64,000 nt of DNA from a virus. A model generated the notes under the pieces. The model was not told the DNA's origin and searched no databases. It saw nothing but the letters and a program-made list of their open reading frames with translations. This document shows positions 10,567-20,500 of this stretch, one piece after another; the first letter of the stretch is position 1; every line of letters begins with the position of its first letter. The stretch covers positions 1 to 64,000 of the IMG/VR virus record IMGVR_UViG_3300017743_000002. One strand, written 5' to 3'. Both the position numbers and the translations under genes were made by a program.

Positions 10567-11493
10567 TTATTTAAATGTTGCTGGTATCGAACCAAAATTA
10601 GTTAAACCACTACAAAATGCAAAACAATCAGTACCAATAGGTGTTGGAGTTCTTTCAAAAATTTCATCACCACTTGGTGTATCAGTTGGAGTTGCTCCAC
10701 CTAATGAGTTAGCTGTTGTTGCCATATTAAATGCATTAGAGAATGTTGTAACCGATTGGTTGTTACTAAAAAAGTTTGATGGAATTGCGGTTATTGACCT
10801 ACAATTCCTAAATACTGATTCAAAGTTTACAACTTGTGTATTGTTATCAAATAATCCACTTGGTATTGATGTTAAAGTTAAACATGCATTGAATGTACCA
10901 GAAAAAGATGTTACATTTGTATTATTATCAAATAATCCACTTGGTATCGATGAAATTCCAGTACAAAATACGAATGTATTAACAAAAGAAGTAACATTTG
11001 ATGAAAAATCAAATAAACCATTTGGAATTATTGTTATTCCAGTTTGTCTAAATGTAGAGTTAAATCTAAGTACAGTATTTAATCCTTCGTTTAAGGTTGC
11101 ATTATTAGAAACATCTGATGGGATTGTTGTTAAATTAATACATCCAAAAAAGTCAATTTGTTCAAAATCAATACCTCCCCAATCATCAACTGAACGATAT
11201 AATCCTTTATATGATGAATTGTTATTCACATTAAAACCTGGACAATATCCACTAATTATAATTTGATAAGTACCAGCAGTTGAATATGTATGGAATCTAC
11301 CAGAATCAAGAGTTTGTAATATTGTAGTTGTACCACTACTATCACCCCAGTCAACAACTATATTAGGTTGTTTTCCACCAGGTGAAGTTAGGGGCAACTC
11401 AAATTGTGTATTTGCTCCTCCAGTTTGTATTGTAAATTTAAAAGGTCTCACTTGTCCTGCTTCTATTGAAATTAAACGTCTTGCTATACTCAT
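10567..11493 (-). CDS. PKD-like domain plus BspA/DUF285-type leucine-rich repeats; putative adhesin or fibre tip
   Basis: 'VDWGD...HTYSTAGTY.I.ISG' (PKD-like), then about five 25-aa repeats like IPSGLFDNNTNVTSFSGTFNAC. Confidence 0.72.
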   Translation of the reverse strand: MSIARRLISIEAGQVRPFKFTIQTGGANTQFELPLTSPGGKQPNIVVDWGDSSGTTTILQTLDSGRFHTYSTAGTYQIIISGYCPGFNVNNNSSYKGLYRSVDDWGGIDFEQIDFFGCINLTTIPSDVSNNATLNEGLNTVLRFNSTFRQTGITIIPNGLFDFSSNVTSFVNTFVFCTGISSIPSGLFDNNTNVTSFSGTFNACLTLTSIPSGLFDNNTQVVNFESVFRNCRSITAIPSNFFSNNQSVTTFSNAFNMATTANSLGGATPTDTPSGDEIFERTPTPIGTDCFAFCSGLTNFGSIPATFK

Positions 11494-11502
11494 AACTATT
11501 CA

Positions 11503-14500
11503 TTAACTTACATTGTTTGCACTTAGGAATCCATAATATGTACTCCCCCCATCATAAGTATAGAATACTAATATATCTTTTCCATTTGCTGTTAGTGTTG
11601 GTGCTGCTCCATTAGCCCATTGTATTATACCAGGCCAACTTACAGTTGCAGTACCACCACTTCCATCTTCCAACACCAATGTAAATCCAATTGCACGAGG
11701 GCCTGTTGGTGCGTTTGAAAGAGAAATTGTTATACTACCAGTTCTATTGATTCTAAAGTTGTTACCTTCAGTTAAATCTATATTTGTTGTTCCACTTGAA
11801 TTACCTATATCGTAGTAGTTTTCGTGGAATCTTGTAGAGAATGTAGCATCACTTACATCTAAATCACCAGTTACATCTAATAAATTACCATTGAATGTTA
11901 AATTAGCTTCTGCATTTGCAGTTCCATCACCTTCCATAGTAACAACTCTATCTTCTGCATCATTATCTACATTTAATAATCCACTTGAACCAGATGTACC
12001 AGATGAGCCCGAAGAACCAGTTTCACCTGATGAACCAGAAGTTCCACTTGTACCACTCGTACCACTACTTCCAAATAAAGTACCATCTAAACCAGATGTA
12101 CCAGCAGTACCAGACGAACCTGATGAACCACCCTCTCCAGTTATACCCGATGTACCCGAAGAACCAGAAGTTCCACCTGTTCCACTACTACCACTACTTC
12201 CGAATAAAGTACCATCTAAACCACTTGTACCAGATGTACCAGCCGTTCCAGATGAACCAGCCGTTGATGCAGTACCAGACGAACCCGATGAACCCGCAGT
12301 ACCTCTCGTACCACTACTACCACTACTTCCAAATAAAGTACCATCTTGTCCAGAAGTACCTGATGTTCCAGCTGAACCACTTTCTCCACTCGTACCAGAA
12401 GAACCACTTATTCCACTTGTACCGCTTGAACCACTACTTCCGAATAAAGTACCATCTTGTCCAGAAGTACCTGATGAACCAGCAGTTCCACTTACACCAG
12501 ATGTTCCACTTTCTCCACTCGTACCACGCGTACCAGAAGAACCAGATGAACCAAAGAAAGTTCCATCAATACCACTTGTACCAGTTGTTCCAGAAGTACC
12601 TGATGAACCTCCAGTACCAGCAGTACCAGCGGTACCTGTTGAACCTGAAGTTCCCGAAGTACCATGTGTACCACTACTTCCAAAGAATGTTCCATCTTGT
12701 CCAGAAGAACCTGAAGTACCAGTTGTACCCGATGTACCAGCAGTTGATGAAGTACCAGATGAGCCAGATGAACCACCAGTACCAGTTGTTCCAGATGAAC
12801 CAGCTGAACCAAAGAATGTTCCATCTTGTCCGCTTGTTCCACTCGTTCCACTTACCCCACTACTACCTGATGTTCCAGCACCAGAAGTACCAGAAGTACC
12901 AGCCGTACCTGATGAACCGAAGAATGTTCCATCAACACCTGATGTACCAGTTGTACCACTTGTCCCACTACTACCACTCTCACCGCTTGTACCAGATGTA
13001 CCTGCTCCACTCGTACCAGAAGTACCAGCCGTACCAAAATTAGTTCCATCTAAACCAGAAGAACCTGAAGTTCCAGTTGTACCAGAAGAACCTGATGTTC
13101 CAGTTGTACCACTCGTTCCAGAAGTTCCAGCAGTACCAAAGTTAGTTCCATCTTGTCCAGATGAACCCGAAGTACCATTTGTACCATTAGCTCCATTTTC
13201 TCCATCAATACCCGATGTACCAGTTGTACCTGAAGAGCCAGCAGTACCAGATGAGCCACTACTACCGCTGGTTCCAGATGTTCCAGAAGTACCACTACTT
13301 CCAAAGAACGTTCCATCTAATCCAGTTGTTCCAGATGTACCATCACTTCCTAATCCAGAAGTACCCGATGAACCTGCGGTTCCACTTGAACCAGATGAAC
13401 CGAAGAATGTTCCATCTACACCAGAAGAACCTGAAGTTCCACTTGTACCAGACGAACCTGCCGAACCACTTGTCCCACTACTTCCGCTAGTACCATTTGT
13501 ACCTGATGTACCTGATGTTCCACTACTCCCTTCAGCTGATGTACCAGAACTACCACTTGTTCCAGTTGTTCCGCTTGTTCCAGTTGTTCCAGAAGTTCCA
13601 CTTGTTCCACTACTTCCCTCTGCGGATGTACCAGAAGAACCTGATGTTCCACTTGTTCCGCTTGTACCACTACTTCCACTTGTTCCAGATGTACCTGATG
13701 TACCACTACTTCCTTCAGCAGATGTACCACTTGTTCCTGCTGAACCTGAAGTTCCAGTTGTTCCGCTTGTTCCAGAAGTACCAGCCGTTCCACTACTTCC
13801 CTCAGCTGATGTACCTGATGTACCAGTTGTACCAGAAGTACCAGCTGAACCACTTGTTCCATTAGAACCAGATGTACCCGATGTACCTGCTGAACCACTT
13901 GTCCCACTACTACCACTCGTTCCAGATGTACCAGAAGTTCCACTACTACCACTCGTTCCATCAGAACCACTTGTTCCACTACTACCACTCGTTCCAGATG
14001 TACCAGAAGTTCCTTCAGAACCAGTTGTTCCAGAAGTTCCAGATGTACCCGATGTACCTGCTGAACCTCCACTACCAGACGTTCCACTTGTTCCAGAAGT
14101 TCCAGTTGTTCCGCTTGTTCCAGAAGTACCACTTGTACCACTACTTCCACTTGTTCCAGATGAACCTGATGTTCCGTTTGTACCTGAAGTTCCAGATGTA
14201 CCAGCCGAACCTGATGAACCTTCTGCTCCACTTGTTCCACTTGTTCCAGAAGTACCTGATGTACCATTAGTACCTGTCGAACCAGAAGAACCAGAAGTAC
14301 CCGATGAACCAGAAGTACCAGCTGAACCTGAAGAACCTTCTTGTCCACTCGTACCACTACTTCCACTACTTCCGCTTGTTCCACTACTTCCAGAAGAACC
14401 ACTTGAACCAGAACTTCCGCTTGTACCACTTGTACCAGAACTTCCACTTGTTCCGCTTGTACCACTACTTCCGCTTGAACCAGATGAACCCGATGAACCG

Positions 14501-17500
14501 GATGTACCTCCACTACCACTACTTCCGCTTGAACCAGATGTACCCGAAGTTCCACTACTTCCACTTATACCACTTGAACCAGATGAACCTGATGTTCCAG
14601 AAGAACCTCCCGTACCAGATGAGCCTGAAGTTCCACTTGAACCAGATGTACCTGATGTTCCGTATTTATCAACAATGTTTATTGTTCCAAGCATTGAACC
14701 ATGAACACTACATTGGTAATATATGTTATTAGGAGCATTTTCAGGAACTCTATATTCTATTAAAGTAGAAGTACTATGAACTCCAGCTCCTGCATCATTA
14801 TTTGTTGTACCAGGCACAGTTGTATTATCACCAGATTCTAATCTTAATGCAAATGGATGTGATGAACTTACATTTGAAACATCAAAGTAATATAATTCAC
14901 CCCTTACAAGAGTTAATGATGGTTGGTTTCCACTATATCCATCTATTGTATAATTGTTTCCACCTGGTGTTCTAACAATGAACAAAGCTCCACCTTCTCT
15001 ACCAGCAGTACCAGATGTACCACTCGTTCCAGACGAACCTGATGTTCCAGATGTACCAGTTGAACCTGATGTACCAGCAGTACCAGATGTACCACTACTT
15101 CCAGAAGAACCACTTGAGCCGGAAGAACCAGATGTTCCAGACGTTCCTGAAGTTCCACTACTACCACTCGTTCCACTTGTTCCAGAAGTACCCGATGAAC
15201 CAGAAGTACCACTACTTCCACTTGAACCAGAAGTACCAGATGAACCTGAAGTTCCACTACTACCACTTGTTCCAGCGGTTCCACTACTACCACTTGTCCC
15301 ACTACTACCACCTGTTCCACTTGAACCAGAAGTACCAGCAGTACCACTTGTTCCAGCAGTTCCACTACTACCACTTGTACCAGCAGTTCCAGAAGTTCCA
15401 CTTGAACCAGATGAACCAGCCGTTCCAGTAGTACCACTACTACCAGAAGAACCCGATGTACCACCAGTACCAGATGTACCACTTACAGCAGTTACATCTC
15501 TTTTGAAAACTTTTCCAGTTGATTCATCAATAACTAAAACTGTATCTGAACTACCAGTTTGTAATCCTACAAATTGTGTACTACCAGATGATACTAAACT
15601 ACCACTTACTTCAAATCTTCCAACAAATGAACCAGTACCAGTATTTGGTAAGAAATTTTCTCCTAAGAAATCACCAGCATTTAAAGCGAATGAAGCAGTT
15701 GCTGCATAAGATGCTGAAAGTACAGTCATCGATGCCGTTTGGTCATTTCTTACATAATCTTCAGCAGATACAGCGTTTATAGCATAAGATGCTGAAAGAG
15801 CGTATGATGCTGAAAGTACAGTCATCGATGCCGTTTGGTCAGTTCTTACAAAGTTATCAGTATTAAAATCACCAGCGTTTACGGCGAATGAAGCAGTTTC
15901 AGCATATGATGCTGAAAGTACAGTCATTGAAGCCGTTTGGTCATTTTGTATATAGTTATCTAAATTAGCAATCTCAGCAAGAGATGCCGAATCGAATCCA
16001 AATAAGTTTGATGCAGTTTGAGCTAAATCAGCGTTTCTAGCATATGATGCTGATAATACTGAACCTACTACATCACTACCTTGTACAAATCCTGCTAATC
16101 TACCACCAGTACCAATTACTGCTTGTCCACTTGTCAATCCACTAAATGTTACTCTAACCGATGAACTATCGATTGATTCTATTGCTTGTGGAATAATCTG
16201 TCCATTTGAACCAGTTTCATAAATTTGAACTACTGGATAATCAATAGCGAAATTGTGTTGGAATGTTACCTGAGTTACATCTGAGAATGGGAATACAGCA
16301 GTATCACCAAATTGTGTTACAGGTCTAAATTTGTTTGCATCTGCATCAAATACTAAAATATCTAAATCATCAGGTACATCTATACCAACATTTTCACCTT
16401 GGTATGAACCTACGAATGATGATGTAATTCTTGGTGAGAATATTTCATCCGTTACAGTTATCTTAGATGCACTTACATCGTTTTGGAAGGTTACATCTCC
16501 GAAAAATGTTGAACCACTATCTATTGACCTAACTACGAATCCATCATCAGGAGTAACCGATGCGGTTACAGAACCACTAAGTATTCTACTTTGGTCTAAT
16601 CCTTCAATAGCATCAGCAGGAATATTAAATAATCCCTCACCACTACCACTAAAGAATCCACTTCCAGATGGTATTTCTATATTACCAATAAAAGTAGAAC
16701 CACTTGTTGGAGAAAATACCCTAAACCCTTCTATATTATCAACCGATGCACTAATACCACCACTTATGATAAGATTTAATTCTAAATCTTCTAATGCTTC
16801 TGCAGGAATATTAAATAATCCCCCACCATCACCAGTAAATAATGTACCACTAATTGGTTTATTTACGATTAAACCAGCAGTAGGGTCTACTCTTGCTTCA
16901 GCAGCACCAGATACAATTCTATCTAATTCTAAATCTTCAAGTGCATCTAATGGAATATTAAATAATCCACCACCATCACCTTTATATAAAGATGCTGTTA
17001 TTGATTGAGAAACATGTAGAGAACCACTAATTTCTACTTTAACTGAACCTGAGTTTATATTTGAATCTAAGTTTTCAACTCTAAAGAAACCTAATGGGTC
17101 AACTGATGCAGTTACCGAACCAGTAAATATTTTTGATGAATCAATTGCTAAGTTAGCAATATCAATGTTTGTAATCCCACTACCATCACCAGTAATAATA
17201 CCACCAACATCTAAAGATTCAGAAATAATAACTGAACCACTAAATGATGAATCTACTGCAATTGATGAGGTTTCGTTAAATACTTTAAATTCAGTTTCCG
17301 ATAAAGATGCAGTTGCTGAACCACTTGATAACTGAGTTACGTTTAGTGATAAATTAGCAATATCAATATTTGTTAAACCACTACCATCACCAGTAAATAC
17401 TCCACCACCACCAACAGTTATTGAACCAGATGTTACAATTGAACCAGTGAATACTGCTCCACCAGTTGGTGCAGTTACTACAAATGTATCACCACTAGCA

Positions 17501-20500
17501 ACCGATGCCGTAGCAGAACCACTTGAGATAAGAGGAGCAGCTGCTGCTTGTACATTTGTTAATTGAGAACCATCACCAACAAAGAATGATGCACTTACAG
17601 ATTCAGCAATATCAACCGAACCAGTTACTGATAAATTTTTACTTCCAGTTAAGAATCCTATTGATACACTACCACTTACATCTAAAGATGATTTAAATTC
17701 TGAACCACTTATTGCCGTTACTACAAACGATTCTCCACTCTCAACCGATGCCGTAGCAGAACCACTAGCAATTACAGGTGATAAATCAGCTTGTACATTT
17801 GTTAATTGAGAACCATCCCCTACAAATGAACCAGAGAATGAACCACTAATTTCATCAGCTTCTATTTTATTAGCTGTTATTTTTTCACTTACATCAAAAC
17901 TACCAGTTACATCTACATCTCCTTTGAGAATGTTAGTTGTTACTTCTGGAGTTGTACCTAATACATTAAATACATTACCATATGATTCTGATTGTGCTGC
18001 GTAATAATATAATTGTGATGGTGCACTAGCTGATGGGGTAATCGTTAAGAAAGCTCCATTAGCACCAGGATTTACACTACTACTAACTACATTAATAAAG
18101 TATTGAGAACCACTGTCAGAATTTGTACCATCTAAATTTTCTGAAATTTTGAAATCAAATCCAGCATTAGAACTATCTGATAAATCAAAATAATAAGGGT
18201 TATCTTTAATAGTTTTAAATGTTGCTTTACCAACACCATCTATAAAGTACCTACTTTCTGATATTATTACTGAACGACTTGTTGGTATATTTTCTAATAA
18301 AATAGATGATGAAACTACTAAAGAACCAGTTATAGTAGTATCACCTAATATATCAACATCACCTTGAAGAGATGAAGATGTATTTACTACAAATCCCTCA
18401 TCAGGTGCAATTGATGCGGTAAAAGAACCACTAGCTATAAAACTTCGTTGAATTACATCTTCGGAAAGTGCCGATAATGGAATATCAAATAAATCTCTAC
18501 CACTACCACTAAACGAACCACTAAATTCATCAGCTATAATCTTTGGAGTAGTAATTGATTCCGTTACATTTAATGTTCCATCTATTCTTAGATTATCTTC
18601 AATTCGTGAATCTAAGTATGGGAATTCATTAACAACATTAATAACAGCTGACCCAGCCATACCACCATGATTCAAACAATAGTAGTAAAGTTGAGTTGGT
18701 GTTTCTGATGTTATTAATATACTAACTTGAGAACCTGCACTTCCAGCATCAATACTACCAGTAGTTACACTTGAAGTATATTCAGTTCCAGAAGAATGAA
18801 TACCATTTAATGTTGTAGAAAATTTTAATGGGTGAGTTTCATTTGATGTATCTGATTGGTCAAATGTATATGTACTACCACTTACTAAATATAAATCTGG
18901 ATGTATTTGTCCATCTATAAAATATTTGTTACCATCATCAGTTGAACCAACAGTAACTATTTTTGTTAAATTATCTTTTATTTGATTTGATGATGAAATA
19001 AATACACTACCACTAATAGTTACATCATCTTCAAATCTACCAGTTGAGTTTACTTCAAATCCTCTAGTCGGATGAACCGATGCAGTTACTGAACCACTTA
19101 CAATTCTAAATGCTTCATCTGTAATTGCTGAACGAGGTATATTAAATAAAGATTCACCACTACCACTAAAAATAGATGCAGATACAGTTCCACTTACATC
19201 AATATCACCATCAAAAGATGCTGATGTATTTACAACAAACCCTAAGTTTGGAGAAATAGATGCCGTTGCTGAACCACTTGATATTCTTGGAGAATCTTCA
19301 GAAAGTGCAGATTGTGGAATATCAAATAAATTAGCACCACTACCACTAAATGATGAACTAACATCAAGTTGTACATTTCCACTTACAAATAAAGAGCCAC
19401 TAAATATTGAACCACTTTCAACAGATTTTACTACAAATCCAAAGTTTGGAGAAACTGATGCGGTTACTGAACCACTTGATATTAATGGTGCATCCTCTGA
19501 AAGTGCTGATTGTGGAATATTAAATAATCCACTACCATCCCCAACAAATCCACTGGAACTTATAAATTTACTTGATGTTAAATTACCAAATATAGAAGTA
19601 TCACCAAATAATGTTTGTTTATCACTTCCAGTATTATCACCAAATATATTTGAACCAGAAGAATAAATTATTGATGATGAAATAAAATCAGTAAATATTT
19701 CGTTAGCTGTAATTCTACCAACAACAGTTAAATCATTATCAATTGTTAAATCACCTTGTATAGAAGCTGATGTATTTACTACAAATCCTAAGTTAGGTGA
19801 AATAGATGCGGTTGCTGAACCACTAGCAATTCTAACAGCATCTTCAGAAAGTGCTGATTGAGGGATATTATTTAAATCCGAACCATCACCACTAAATGAA
19901 CCACTAAATGAACCAGTAATTTCATCAGCTATAATTTTTGGAACATCTAATGTTTCTGTTATAGAAACACTACCACTAAATTCAGATTTTACTGAACCTG
20001 TTCCGAATACTTTAAATGTACCATCGGGTAAAACCGATGCGGTTACTGAACCAGTTGTGATTAAATTAGAAATTAGTGCATCTTCAACTAACGCAGATTT
20101 TGGTATATCAAATAATTCCGCACCACTACCACTAAATACACTACCACTACTTAATTGAACACTACCACTAAATATAGAACCACTATCTATTGAGGTTACT
20201 CTAAATACATTATCATCAGTTGAAGCAGTTACACTACCAGTTCCAATAAAAACTGCTTCTCTCGATACTAACGCTTCAATTGATTCTTGTGCATCATTAG
20301 AAAGTGCTGAGAATGGTATATCAAATAAATCTTCACCACTACCACTATATTTTGAACCACTATTTAATTGAACTGCACCACTAACAAATACCGAACCACT
20401 TAATTCAGTTGTTACTGAAGCCGTTGATTGTACTCTAAAGAAACCATCAGTTGAAACCGATGCGGTTACTGAACCAGTAGATATTAAGTTCGAAATAAGT

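Noticed and set aside
7362-15482. Periodic DNA considered as a CRISPR array or satellite
   Set aside because: Period is 9 nt with synonymous third-position variation and no constant repeat plus unique spacer structure; it is coding.
11891-15709. Long plus-strand Pro/Val/Glu-rich ORFs (937 aa, 251 aa) and MFQMY-type ORFs
   Set aside because: Antisense or off-frame shadows of the Gly-X-Y tract: GGN codons read as CCN in the offset frame, so stops are scarce. No independent expression signals.
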